Position numbers and translations under genes: made by a program. Shown here one piece after another: positions 39,880 to 53,510 of a DNA stretch of 64,000 bases (positions are counted from its first letter, which is position 1; every line of letters starts with the position of its first letter). The notes beneath the pieces were generated by a model that was given only the letters and a program-made list of their open reading frames with translations, did not search any database and was not told the DNA's origin. Source of the DNA: Octopus sinensis (Eukaryota); assembly GCF_006345805.1 (NCBI RefSeq), contig NC_043026.1, positions 1 through 64,000 on the forward strand, written 5' to 3'.

Positions 39880-40638
39880 ATTCGAGACAGGAGAGAAATC
39901 ATCTCATCCTGCGTCAGATTGCTGAATGCACGCGTGCAGATGAAAAGGGATTTGGCGTCGAACAGACAGTAAACAACCAGAATGACCGACCTTAGAGTGT
40001 ATCTGGCTCTATCGAGATTAGACCCGTAAATCGACGTCCAAATCCACTGTCACTTAGGATTTGGACTGTTGTGACAGCTACTGGAAGGTCTCTCGTTTTT
40101 GTGATCTCGGATGTTGAAACGAATTCCCAGCAATACATTAGCGACATTCAGGTAGCTGAACCGTTTCTATGGGCTGATGAGGACTTTCCAGGGGCAACTT
40201 CGAGACTCCAGCAGGAATCACCACAGTCCCACAACTCCGAGCAGACACATCTCTCGATTCAGAAAGCATTCAGTCTTTCCTAAGCAAGGATGTATGAACC
40301 TCAAGAAGCTCCGATGCCAACTCGTTGGAGTTTTTCTGTTTGGTCCATTTGGGATCCGAGGCTCTCGAGCACTTCTCATGTTTCTCTCGGCAAATTGAAA
40401 GCAAAACTGCGCCAGGAATGGGCTCGATTCCACAAAAACTGCTGCGTGCTGCGTGTGAAGCATTCACACCTAGATTTAAGGTTTTGATTCGAAACAAAGG
40501 GGGTTATATCGAATAAATGTTGTCATATCGTAAATGTGTTTCATTTTCCATTGCATTGCAACGCTCACTCCCGAAATATATCAATATCTTGCTATGGAAA
40601 TAGTGAAAAATTTGTTTGCCCTGATTTGGGGATACCCT

Positions 40639-40641
<3 letters not shown>
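39880..40641 (+). mobile_element. Tc1/mariner transposon 3' remnant
   Basis: LQQESPQSH, SSDANSLEF (WPxxSPDxNPLD-like), [34 protein letters not shown]; ends CCCTG-TA. Confidence 0.75.
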
Positions 40642-40715
<74 letters not shown>

Positions 40716-42569
40716 ATATGCGTGCACACACACTATCACACATGCGCACGCACACACAAATACACACACACATAGTTTTAATTAGGAAGCACCGCTAATT
40801 GCCATGATACATGTGAAGACATATTGTGAAACTTATTAAAGCGGTTTGTGTTACGGTTGAAATAGAGAGTGTACCGATCCAGAAATATGTTTACTTTTCA
40901 TCATCCATGGTGATTGATTTGAATGATTTTCTTTAATGGAAGACTTCGGTCCAGCGACATTCAATGTTCAGCTTTCATATCTCCACCTACAGAAACACCA
41001 ACAGGTTTAACAACTGCAACATCAGTATCACAAACACCAGAGCTGCATTACTGCTAACATCGGAACGACTTCAACAACTACACAGGCGTATCTTCTGTAT
41101 GTTTCGTGAGGAGCATTTCTCTACTCAAGAAATTATTTTTTTCGTAGTAACAAAGAAGACGTATTGAAAAGTTTGGTGTATTTTCACTCTTCTCGAGAAA
41201 TCCAAGCATATTAGTAAACAAGATTGATCTGGGTGGATGGTACTGTGGTTTTTGGTCAATCTGCGTGTTTTGGTAATTTTCGGACAAGTCTAAGTCTGAA
41301 TGTGATACTGATAAGAGAACAAAGGACAGACAGCAGTGGTCAGTTCTGGCATTTATGAAAAGTCCTTATATCTGTAGACTCTACTGTGGTTAATAGAAGA
41401 AAGTACTTACAATAGAAGACGGGAAGGAGAGCAGAAAGAAGCTGTGCCCTTAATGAACAGTCCTGACTAGAAGTCCTCACATAGACACCTAAAGTGTAGG
41501 GGCGGCCCTTCACCTCAGTGAAAGTAAGTGTTTTTTCTTATCGCATTCTGCTTTATTTGCGCGCGTATATATTATGATTCGGAGGTGAGTGTGTCTGTAA
41601 GCGCGCATTGTGAAGTGAGCAAGAGTTTGTGACCGTGTTTAATCACCAGATCAACTCTGATCCAACAGAGCTATGATCTAAAGTATTCCAAATGTGACCA
41701 TCTCATCATTTGTTAAGTGATAATGTATTTATGGTTACATCATCCAGTTTGTTTCTGTTGCAGTTGTTTAGTAACAAGTCATCCCCAATCGAGGTAACAC
41801 ATTCACAGATACAAAAATACGTGCATACTAGCAGGGGCCGTGACGCGTACTTCTGCTCACCTCAGATCAGGAATTTGATTGAAGCTTACTACAATCGTTT
41901 GGGGACCTGGCTATTCCTATGATTATATTGGGACACCTCCAACAGAACGATTCCCCACCGTATCAAGTCTACTGGAATGTAGCGGCATCGCTCTACAGAG
42001 ACAATCAGAATTCTTTACTTACAACAATGTCAGCCGTGTTTGTAAGAATTACTCACCGAAAAATATAATGACAGTCGTCAGCACGAATGACACCAACAAG
42101 ATTTCCTTCTATAGAAGTAAGTGAATCTTCTTTATTATTACTGTTGACTTATTTTTACATTGTTCGGTCAGATCAAAGTACCAGTTGAACATCAGCGGTC
42201 GATGAAATCGACTTACTCATCTACCCTCGAAATTGCTGGCCAAGATTTCGAAACCATATTGTTGCTGTTGCTGATATTATTGTTTCTATTGCTGTTAACC
42301 AGCATTTCAATTTTATTTGTCGTTCTTGTTCACTTAGTCTTTGTCGAGTTACAGCAAACATTCCCTTTTTAAACCACATCTTTCATTCTGCTGTTTTCTT
42401 TCCGGATGTAACATTCCTTCAGCAATGCAATCCGTCTTTCTTCCTTTCCTTCGTACTACAGTCGCATGATGACGACCGGTCCTACCCTGCTGGGCGAGAG
42501 AGCTTCATGTGAAAGCGTTACGAATGGGCTAAGGAACAGAGAAACAAGCTGAATTATTATGGGATTATT

Positions 42570-45395
42570 TTTATTCGGCAGTCTTATTCTTTATACGTGC
42601 TTTCCCAGCACTACAGAGCACAGCTCATTGTGCCTTGGGTATGTGCAGAGGTTTGCTGTGATGCTCGTATGTATTGGAAGTGTTTTACGTAGGATGTGTG
42701 CAGTGCCTATTACTGCTATTGCTGTATGTTATATATATTTGTAAGTCCTGGTGTTTTTGTTATGTATTTGTCTGAATATTTTTTTATCATGCCTAATGCA
42801 CCTACTATGATAGGAATTGTTTCTGTTTTTAGATTCCACATTCTGGTTACCTCTATTTCCAGGTCTTTGTATTTTGAGAGTTTCTCCATTTCTTTTAGAG
42901 ACACGTTGTCATCTGCCGATATTGATTCATCAATTAGGAAAGCATTTCTTTCCTTCATGATCTCTGACAACTATATCTGGTCTGTTGGCCTTAATTTCTC
43001 TATCTGTGTGTATCGGCATATCCCAGAGTATGGTTGCTTTCTCGTTTTCTGTGACCTTTTCTGGTGTGGTACCTTACCATCTTTTTTCTGTTGTATTCCA
43101 TAATGGTGGCATAGTTTCCAGTATATATAGGTCCCAACTCTGTCGTGTCTGTGATATATTCCTTCTTAGCCAGGACTGGGCAGCCAGAGATAATATATTT
43201 ATTGTTTCTTGTCCATCTCCACATATTCTGCAGTTACTTGTTATATTTCTTTTCATTACGTTTTTGGTTAATTTCTGGTGGGGACGCTTTGGTCTTGTGC
43301 TGCAATTAAAAACTTCAGTCTCTGCTTTGAGTCCTGAGCTTCTCAACCATTGTTGGGATTTTTCTTTGTCTATTTTTTTGCATTTAGTTTAGTCCAGTTT
43401 TGCCATGAAGGGGCTTTTCTGCCATCGTTTTATCATGGTTCGTTGCTATTCTAGTTTCGTTTGGATTTCATTTGTTTTATAGGCTTTGTCGTCTCTTCTT
43501 ATTCTCTTCTTCTTCTTCTTCTCTTCTTCTTCTTCTTCTTCTTCTTCTTCTTCGTCTTCTTCTTCTTCGTCTTCTTCTTCTTCTTCTTCTTCTTCTTCTT
43601 CTTCTTCTTCTTCATATTGTTAGGTGGTATGATTTCTTGTTTGTATTTGTCAGCTTCCTTAAATACTGAGAACAGTTTTTTGTTTTGCTCGTGTTATGTC
43701 GCTATTTGTATCAGTTTTCCTTCCTTCTGAAGTAGATATTTCTCTCCAGAATTCTTCCACTTCTTCTGCCGTTGGTGCTGCAGTGATTTCTATTTTATTT
43801 TTGCCAAGTTCTTGGTAGAACTTTTTGGGGTTGGGGTTGGAGTTAAACTTTTTGTTTTGTACAAAGAAACGTTGGCGTTTCTCGTACCGGCGGATCCTTT
43901 GTGCTTTGGCAAGGATATCTTGCATTAGCTTTTCTTTTATCTCAGGTAAATCTTTTTCTCTGGTGTTGTATTTGCGGAGTATTTTTGTTTTCTTTTTGTT
44001 GCTCAGTAGCGTTGATTCTCTACTGATTTCATTAAGAATCGACAGATCTTTTCGCATTTTTTGTATTTTGTTTTCGATGTTATTTATCCACAGGGTATGT
44101 TTGGGTGGTGGTACTCCTGTTTGGATGGGTTTGAGTTAGTATCCAGCTTCTTTTGTGGCTGCAGTGGTTGCTGCGTATACTAAGTCATTTAGCTCAGTGA
44201 TATCGCTTTTTGTTTCAGTGGCTATTAGTTCCGTGACGGCTAGGTTTATGTTGGTTATTATTGATGTTGTTGTTTGTCTATTTTGATTTTTGGGAGGTAT
44301 GGTCGGTGGTCCATTTTGAGCTCTGTGTTTTCAGTTCTTTGATTATTCTACTTTTTATAGTTTCATAATCATTAGGCTCCCCTTCGTTGTTTCCAGGTTT
44401 TAGATTTGTGTCGCTTTCTTTCTCATCTGTATGTTTGTTTGTCGTGATTTGGCTTGCTGTTTGTCGTGTATTATTTGTGATCCTTACGGTCTGGGTTTGT
44501 TGTTTTTTGTTTACATCGTTTTTGTTTGGAATGTTTACGTTTGTCTTCGTGTTTTACTGTTTCAGTGTTTATATTTGGCATTGTTCTGTGGCTTCTATCT
44601 ACATTTTCCTGGTGTATTTTTTCTTTTAAATGTTCTATTTCTATTTCTGATATTTTTTGCGTTGAGAATATATCTCCGTATATTTGCTAGTTTATTAGGG
44701 TTCATTGTTGTATCCAGGTCTTTATTTATGTTATTTTTCTTCCTTATTTTGTATGTATGTGTTGTTGTATTTTCATTGTTTGTGTAGAGCACTGCTGTAA
44801 AGTAAGCGTGTAGGATAGAAATGTATTCCTCTCGTGTCCATTTATGTCTTTTGGGTTTTATTTGCGGGACATGAGGAACAACGTCCGGCCCATTATTTTG
44901 ACGGTCGTCATTTTCGTAGGGTACCGGCACGTTCATTTCTGTTGTCACATTGTTTTGCACGTGTTGTTTTTCGTACATTTTATGTTGTAAGTTTAAAGTA
45001 CGTACCGCTTGATTGTTATTCTTGGGTTGAATAATACCGGTATTATTTAATTTCTTCGTAGTTTTTTTGTACATGTTGTTTGATGGATCGTAATGTATCA
45101 AGCATGTTTACATGTGTTGTGTTAGAGGTGGAGATGATATCGAGTTAAAATACATAATTTCGTTTTGAAAATAGTAATAAATTTCAATGAGTATTACTTA
45201 CTCGGATATAGTCCAATCCTTTGTCAGTTGTTTTTTAGCTCCATGCGATATCTTTGTCTCCGATGTTTGTGGATAGATTTCGGAGCACTGTTTTATCGCT
45301 CTCCCATGTTTAACGTCCCCGGTGTAATCTCCGTTTAACGTCCCCGGTATAATCTCGTTTGACATCCCCGGTGTAATCCAAACGTCCCCGGTGTA
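42570..45395 (-). mobile_element. Internally deleted (RT-less) R4-type non-LTR element in gene B intron 1, both ends apparently retained
   Basis: 5' UTR ~23-bp tandem repeat; N-terminal RHKWTREEYISI; pre-RT AKAQRIRRYEKRQRFFVQNKKF...KKFYQEL...EEFWREI joined at ~43730 to post-thumb GR.LIQI...KKLFSVFKEA; then (GAA)n, CRICGDGQETIN..SGC and RLE KLSKYKDLEIE...IIVGALG. Confidence 0.82.
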
Positions 45396-45486
<91 letters not shown>

Positions 45487-45720
45487 TATTATTATTATCA
45501 TTATTATTATCATTATTATAATTATTATTATTATTATTATTATTATTATCATTATTACTATTTTATTATTATTATCATTATTATTAATATTATTATTATT
45601 ATTATTTTATCATTATTATAATTATTATTTATTATTATATTATTATTATTATTATCATTATTATTATTATTATTATTATCATTATTATTATTATCATTAT
45701 TATTATCATTATTATAATTA

Positions 45721-45760
<40 letters not shown>

Positions 45761-45950
45761 ATTATTATTATTATTATTTTTTATCATTATTATTATTATT
45801 ATCATTATTATAATTACTATTATTTATTATTATTCATTATTATTATCATTATAATTATTATTATCATTATTATTATTATTATTATTATCATTATTATTAT
45901 CATTATTATTATCATTATTATTATTATTATTATTATCATTATTATTATTT
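45395..45950. repeat. (TAT/CAT)n array directly upstream of the gene B exon 2 acceptor
   Basis: Read directly. Confidence 0.95.
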
Positions 45951-45953
45951 CAG

Positions 45954-46132
45954 ATAGCCGATGGATTAAAACTTATGCCATATCAGTGGGGGCGGGTTCG
46001 CAAGTCTATAATTCCTTACTCAATATAGGAAGTCCTTCAACCTGGAATGTAGACAAGTGCAATGGTTACTTCTGTCCGAACTTTTTCCGACATCCTATTC
46101 TTGATTTCTGGGAGCAACTTCCAGTTGATGAG
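45954..46132 (+). CDS. Gene B exon 2
   Basis: tttcag|ATAGCCGATGG...GATGAG|gtatgt, 179 nt. Confidence 0.82.
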
Positions 46133-46585
46133 GTATGTAAGCATTTACACACACACACACACACACACACAGAAGCGAAATCAGATTCCTTCACACACAC
46201 ATTATCATAATAACAACCATAAAGATAAACTATCTTTTGGATCACTTCACATATATTTCAGACGTATTTTAACCGTAAAAACGGCAGTTTTCACTGCGAT
46301 TTACCGTGGAGAAAATTCTTGCCTTAGGCAACAGTTGTTAACACACCTGCATATATATGTATATACATACATACACACAAACACACTCACATACACACAC
46401 ACATATATAGATAGATATAGATATATATTAATATCATTAGTATTAATTCCTTACATTCAAAGAAATGATGAAGAGAAAATGGAGTAGACGTTAGGCTCGT
46501 AGCCAATGAAATAGCTGTTAAATTACCTCGATCAATAGAACATGATCTATTTGTGTGTATGTGTGTGTGTGTGTGCGTGCGTGTG

Positions 46586-46622
<37 letters not shown>

Positions 46623-46650
46623 CTGTTATATGTTTACTCTTATTTTTCAG

Positions 46651-46814
46651 GTGAAACTGGTGATTTATAAAAACCAAACAGCTGTGGTGACTATGATTTT
46701 TGAAGGACGAAATTCAAAAATTCACACCTGGTTCAATTATGCAAACTTGAAAAGTTCTCCATGGGATGACCTATCTTCAGTCAGGCCACAGTATTTCACA
46801 CTTCAAGGAATTTC
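46651..46814 (+). CDS. Gene B exon 3
   Basis: tttcag|GTGAAACTG...GGAATTTC|gtatgt, 164 nt. Confidence 0.82.
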
Positions 46815-47371
46815 GTATGTTCTAAATATTTTTTTTCTCTTTCACTAGGTAGAGACGTATTGTCGTATTGAGCTAAAAGCACTTTTCTTATGCTACTAAT
46901 ACAAATCTGTTTTTTAACTCTATATATTTATTCACGATATTTCTTGATCTCGTGAATTTACCTTCAGTCTGAACAAAGGATTCTATAGACGGCCGTTGGA
47001 GTTGTCAATTCAGATTCTAACAGACTGGTATAGACATCTATATATCATACCTAACGTAGACACACTCCCGATAAGGCAGTTACTGCAATATTTGCCCTGA
47101 GAAAACTTCTTTTCCTCTCGTTGTCCGCTGCTGGAACGAATTTTATTATTCGAAACAAAGCAAATACATAGGAGATGTTACCTCAGAGAATATACTACTA
47201 AAGTAACTAGTTTCTACACAGTGCATTTATACTTTAAATATGATACACAAATGGCTATTTTAATTAAATACAGACAGATTCAAATGTGTGCATGGAACAT
47301 AATGCTATATTTATTAAATGCTTCTATTTTCTCATTTTGAAACCCAAACGAGTTCTTCTCCAACTTTGTAG

Positions 47372-47535
47372 GAGTGTACGTCGCTTCTATATAACGAACC
47401 ACTACGGTGGTTGTACGGGTGAGTTGGGCTGGCTAGCCGTAGTTGAAGCCCAAGTATACTGTTCATATGATGAAATGGATCATTATCCTATAATTCGTTA
47501 TTCTGATGCAAAATCGAAAATCAAGTGGTCCGATG
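47372..47535 (+). CDS. Gene B exon 4
   Basis: ttgtag|GAGTGTACGTCGC...TCCGATG|gtaagt, 164 nt. Confidence 0.82.
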
Positions 47536-47607
47536 GTAAGTGACATTTTCCTTTTGTGTGTGTCTCTCTCGCTTTCTCTCACTCTCTCTCTCTCTTTCTC
47601 GCTCCCT

Positions 47608-47668
<61 letters not shown>

Positions 47669-47894
47669 TAATGTGAATAGTAATTCTCTCTCTCTCTCTT
47701 AATGTGAATAGTAATTATTTCTGTACTTATTGTTCGGCAGCCAATCAGCCTCGATTCAACTGATTTTAATCTTGACCTTCCTGTATGTTTCCCATTTGGC
47801 TGCCATTTCTATTAATACGAGTAACCGCGTATGAAGACTTTCCACGATTTATTTCAATTCCTTTGGTTATTGATGTTGTTATTGTTACTTGCAG

Positions 47895-47962
47895 GTTATG
47901 GCATAGCAGACTCCATGGCCATATTCATCAGCCTGAGGCAGCAGGAATATCCCGGCCCATGA
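47895..47962 (+). CDS. Gene B exon 5
   Basis: ttgcag|GT TAT GGC ATA GCA GAC...CCA TGA = [21 protein letters not shown]. Confidence 0.8.
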
Positions 47963-47979
47963 TATCCATTGACACTATT

Positions 47980-49010
47980 GTTGTTGTTGTTGTTGTTCAC
48001 ATTCACCCAATCTAGCTGACCACCACTAGTGATGCACACACGCCATGTATTATCTGTTAATAAAGAATCCATACAAATATTCTATCCAACATCGGTCTTT
48101 GAAGTTGTGATTCTCTTTCTCTCTTTCCAGCTGTTGTTGTTGTTCACATTCACCCAATCTAGGTGACCACCACTAGTGATGCACACACGCCATGTATTAT
48201 CTGTTAATAAAGAATCCATACAAATATTCTATCCAACATCGGTCTTTGAAGTTGTGATTCTCTTTCTCTCTTTCCAGCTGTTGTTGTTGTTCACATTCAC
48301 CCAATCTAGGTGACCACCACTAGTGATGCACACACGCCATGTATTATCTGTTAATAAAGAATCCATACAAATATTCCATCCAACATCAGTCTTTGAAGTT
48401 GTGATTCTCTTTCACTCTTTCCAGCTGTTGTTGTTGTTCACATTCACCCAATCTAGGTGACCACCACTAGTGATGCACACACGCCATGTATTACCTGTTA
48501 ATAAAGAATCCATGCAAATATTCCATCCAACATCAGTCTTTGTGATTCTCTTTCTCTCTTTCCAGCTGTTATTGTTGTTCACATTCACCCAATCTAGGTG
48601 ACCACCACTAGTGATGCACACACGCCATGTATTACCTGTTAATAAAGAATCCATACAAATATTCCATCCAACATCAGTCTTTGAAGTTGTGATTCTCTTT
48701 CACTCTTTCCAGCTGTTGTTGTTGTTCACATTCACCCAATCTAGGTGACCACCACTAGTGATGCACACACGCCATGTATTACCTGTTAATAAAGAATCCA
48801 TGCAAATATTCCATCCAACATCAGTCTTTGAAGTTGTGATTCTCTTTCTCTCTTTCCAGCTGTTATTGTTGTTCACATTCACCCAATCTAGGTGACCACC
48901 ACTAGTGATGCACACACGCCATGTATTACCTGTTAATAAAGAATCCATACAAATATTCCATCCAACATCAGTCTTTGAAGTTGTGATTCTCTTTCACTCT
49001 TTCCAGCTGT
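47980..49010 (+). repeat. Tandem array of seven 147-bp units, each with AATAAA, just downstream of the gene B stop
   Basis: The ccagctgtt anchor recurs at 48127, 48274, 48421, 48562, 48709, 48856 and 49003. Confidence 0.92.
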
Positions 49011-49574
49011 TTTTCTTCCATTTCTCGTCTGACTAGATATATGTGTGTGTGTGTGTGTGTGTTTTTATGTGCGCGTATTTATGTGTGAGTATACATATTG
49101 TCGTAAATGTCAAACAATTAGAGTGAGTGTTTAACATCGCATTTGTGAATAAATATTCTATATTTGTATTAAGTCTCTTTATGGTTTCACGTGAAGAAAA
49201 TAGCTTAATACCTCAACAATTTTTCAAGGGGATCAAATGAAGGAACAGCGTTCGTCTCCGTTTTGTGTTTTAAACCAAAATGGAGACAGATAACACGTGA
49301 TCGGCTTGAAAATTTGTAAGATATTGCGATGTATTCTAAATATTAAGCAAAAGGTAGCCTTATTACACAAACAATATATCTATATATATGTGTTACTTTA
49401 TATAATTAGGCTTCAGCAATAAAAATTGCTTTACTATATACTGAACCTTTAGATATAGAGCCAAGGAATTTAGCTCTTTTTTCTTCTATAAGAAGAGTCT
49501 CCCAGACAATATATACTCAAAAACTATTCACGTGGGCATAGAGGGGAAAATAACGAAAGTTCACTCGAAATTTG

Positions 49575-49641
<67 letters not shown>

Positions 49642-49664
49642 TGTATGTGTGTGTGTGTATGTGT

Positions 49665-49719
<55 letters not shown>

Positions 49720-50273
49720 CATAAATCAAAGTGTAGAGTTTTTTGCATACATTACAGACGATATAGTCCATCGTTTTGTCACTAAGGGTTCAATGGAGTT
49801 TTAGGTAAGAGTCCGATCTATTATGTAACACTGCACACTTCAGAGGTAGCAGTTACAGAATGAAATATGGCGATCATTCACGGTGATTATAAAGTTCTCA
49901 CTCAATTCCGTTGTTGATAGCAGTGTTTAGAAGTAAAGTGTCTTGAGTGTGGTTGTCAGAAGGTGAAGTAGGTCATCGGTGGTGCAGGATCTTCTTGATT
50001 GTGTCTAGTGGAAGGCCAAAGAAGATGTCAAGAAAATGCGACGTGGCAGCTGCTGGCTATCCCCAGAAATGAGTTCCAGGGATGTTCGCAACGACTGAAA
50101 CGATGTTTCCTAAATAGTGTTGCATCAGAAGGGAAATACTTCGAAGGAGATGAAATCCTGAATTCCTATGTGTTGTAGTTTCCTCTTTATAGCAGCAGTC
50201 CCGATACGTTTTGATCAGATCTCGCATTGTAATATATATGTACTCACATAATTTAATTATTCCGAGATATCCT

Positions 50274-50315
50274 AACTCTCGGATGAACGGTCACGTGAAA
50301 GCCTGGGTAAGAGTT
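50274..50315 (+). ncRNA. Degenerate hammerhead-like motif
   Basis: aactct-CGGATGA-acg gtca cgt-GAAA-gcctggg-TA-agagtt; one core substitution and a stem III mismatch. Confidence 0.45.
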
Positions 50316-50346
50316 TTCTGAAGGTTTTCGCTTTTAATAAAACAAG

Positions 50347-50388
<42 letters not shown>

Positions 50389-50696
50389 TTTTGTGTGTGT
50401 GTATATCTGTGGGCATGTGTTTGTGGGCGAGCGTGTTTGTATGTGTATGTGTGGTGTGTGTGATTATTTTCCTTTGCTCTGATATTCGGTCCATTACGCT
50501 TTCAGTTAATCAACTTCTTTTTTAAATAATATGCCTCTTCCTTTTCCTTCATTGTAGTCACTTGTACTACGCTAGCCTCAAACATTGTTTGCGAAACAAT
50601 AGTATAAAAAGAACATCATGTGGTCTGTGTATGATACGTTGATGTATATACAGAAAATAGCTGGATTCGAACTTGAAACTTTTCCTGCTATATATA

Positions 50697-51197
50697 TAAC
50701 TAGCAGTATCGCCCGGCGTTGCTCGGGTTTGTAAGGGAAATAACTATATAAGCATTTTTAGAGAGTTACTTCCTGTATAGATGCCAATTCGGGCTTTCTA
50801 AGCCATTTCTGTTTTGGTGTCTTCAAGCCATGATATCGTTGTTCTAAAAGAACGCTGGTCTCCTTGACGTTGATTTCCTTACACTCCCCTCCCCACAGCT
50901 TCACGAGGGAGGGAAGAAGGGGGAGAAGCAAACAGGTGCAGCTGTGAGCGTGGACGCCAACTCCGCCACCATCGACACATGAAAAATTATGCATTAAAAT
51001 GGAATAAAAAATTATGTTAAATTATTTTTAAAATCGTAGACTCATCGTAGACGCGCGCTAATAGCCAGACGGGCTCGATATGAATCACGACTATAAGATA
51101 CCCGAATTTGGTTAAACTGCACCGCAAAATGTGGGAGTAGTTAGGAATCTAAATCGAAGGGGACAGACACTCACACAACTACAGTTTTATATATATA
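50697..51197 (+). mobile_element. Non-autonomous Helentron/Helitron-like (HINE-type) element
   Basis: Starts TAACTAGC...CCCGGCGTTGCTCGGG (short hairpin), ends gacagacactcacacaactacagttttatatata, between TA-rich flanks. Confidence 0.55.
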
Positions 51198-51685
51198 AAT
51201 TAATGCAACATTTCTACGTTGTTTTTCAATCTGTTTATGCTTCAATAAATGCAACCATGTATTGAACCTATGACAGCACTGATTCTGCTGACTGCTGAGT
51301 TTAATCGAACTCATCGATTTAAGCATTGAAATATTTCCTGCTGCCCAAACATGAATTTCGAAACCTGAGAGCCAGTCATGTCAACGATAATCAACATAAG
51401 AATTAATTCAACCAACTAACCTCATCTGGTGACTGTCAGTCGATATATAAGTATGAACCTCTTAGACGTAATACTGTCAGCTTGAACTAAATTAATTTAC
51501 TGAACTGATTTTATGCTCTAACATTTTCATTTATCAATATTGTTTCATACTTCGCTCGCGTGCCGACACACCATTAGATAATGTACACCATTACAAATCA
51601 TACAACATATTTACTAGCTTTTAAGCAATGTGTCTTAAAACTTAGGAACCTGTCTACAAAATCCATACCCGCTCGTGGCTTCACT

Positions 51686-52152
51686 TTAATCTTGTGTTGA
51701 TAGGATGTTCAACTTAAGCTCCCGTAAGGATCCCTTGTGGCAGTCTACAGCATGTTGGTAGAAGATGGAGTTTGGCTTCCTTTCAATGTAGTTGTCCAGG
51801 TGTTCTTTGAACCTATCATTGATGCTTCTAGAGGTCTCACCTATGTATGACTCTGGGTTAGTCGCGCAAGCTCCCTCCTGGCACTTAATCTGGTATACAG
51901 TGCCCTTGGTTTTACAATTTACATGTGGAATACATTGAAAGGAAGCCAAACTCCATCTTCTACCAACATGCTGTAGACTGCCACAAGGGATCCTTAAGGG
52001 AGCTTAAGTTGAACATCCTATCAAGACACCCCACCGATGCAATGTTGAGACAGGTCACAGAAGCTGTTTGTATACAAGAATACAAACCTACTCTCAACCG
52101 AAAGTCCGAATGGAATAACATCCAGATCCCATTCAGAAGGACTATTCTATAA
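51686..52152. mobile_element. PLE GIY-YIG endonuclease fragment with an internal inversion
   Basis: Minus: TVYQIKC...YIGETSRSINDRFKEH. Plus: ...LRQVTEAVCIQEYKPTLNRKSEW. About 80 bp is shared in inverted form (~51700-51782 vs ~51941-52022). Confidence 0.8.
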
Positions 52153-53327
52153 CCACCCCTCTCTCTCTCTCCCCTTTTACCTGTAGTCCTTACATACGGG
52201 TTGCAACGCGTATGTGCAGTTATATACAACGGTATGAGCAGACGTTGTTTGATACGAACAGTTGCACCTAGGCGTTGTATCCATTCACGGTTAGACGATG
52301 ATGAGAGGAACAAACACACACACACCCACACACATATATATATGTGTGTGTGCGTCTATACAAACATATATGTAAATATGTATACAACCTTCAGCAAAGT
52401 AACGGTCATGTACACAACTTGGACGGACACATGCCAGTACACGGACATACGTTCGCATACACATACACATGTACACACTCTCACAGACACATCTGCCCAT
52501 TCTCCGAGACACTCACATACATACGTAGCACATGAATACAAACATACATACATACCTACGTATGGGCATACACACGTACATACGCACGTACATGTACGCA
52601 CACACATACTTGGGCACATGCACACGAGAGCGTATACATACATACGCACATGCGTACGTATGTACATACACACATACATACACACATACATACATACATA
52701 CATACATACATACATACATACATACATACATACATACATACGTACATACATACATACATACGCACAATAGTAAAACAATAGTTCTGTGATATAGAGATAA
52801 AATCTGATAATAGATTTTAGGGTATAGTTTGGGAGTAAGCGTCATAATCACTTTCTAGCTTCGGCCGTAGGAAGTTGAAATTTGATAGCTTTGTGAGGAG
52901 TGGTCACTCTACATCCATCCATCGCTACAGGTTTATAGTTTTATGTTTTATAGAGTGTATGTGCGTGCATATACACACACATACATATATACATACATCC
53001 ATACATACATGCATACACAGGCGTATGTGCGTACATGCATACGTACATACATACACACATGTATGCATATATACACACATACATACGTACATATATATGA
53101 CGAACTAACTGTTACTTTCTTAGATGCAGCACGGACTTTGTAAGTGAACAGGTCGCGGATTTTAGCGACGAAAATATTTTGACAAATAAACTTAAATGTT
53201 GAAGTGAATCGAACGGTTTTGGTGTGTTTTCTAAATGGCTTATAAACACCTTCCACGCTGCAATTGTTTTATATATAATATATATATATATATATAATAT
53301 ATATATATATTATATATATATATAATG

Positions 53328-53387
<60 letters not shown>

Positions 53388-53510
53388 CACACACACACAC
53401 ACTATATATGTGTATGTAATATATGTATATATATATATATATATAATATATAATATATATATATATACATATATATATATATTATATATATATATATATA
53501 ATAATATAAT

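Larger units (their letters stand above)
41838..47962 (+). pseudogene. Paralogue B: degenerate exon 1 (~41838-42116) and intact exons 45954-46132, 46651-46814, 47372-47535, 47895-47962
   Basis: Exons 2-5 splice in frame with GT-AG sites and match gene C. Exon 1 has no ATG or full signal peptide and carries +1 indels at ~41880 and ~41901-41904 relative to gene A. Could be intact if these are assembly errors or an upstream exon exists. Confidence 0.65.

Noticed and set aside
47980-49010. Regular repeat array as a possible CRISPR
   Set aside because: Units are contiguous 147-bp copies with no unique spacers, no cas genes, and the context is eukaryotic.
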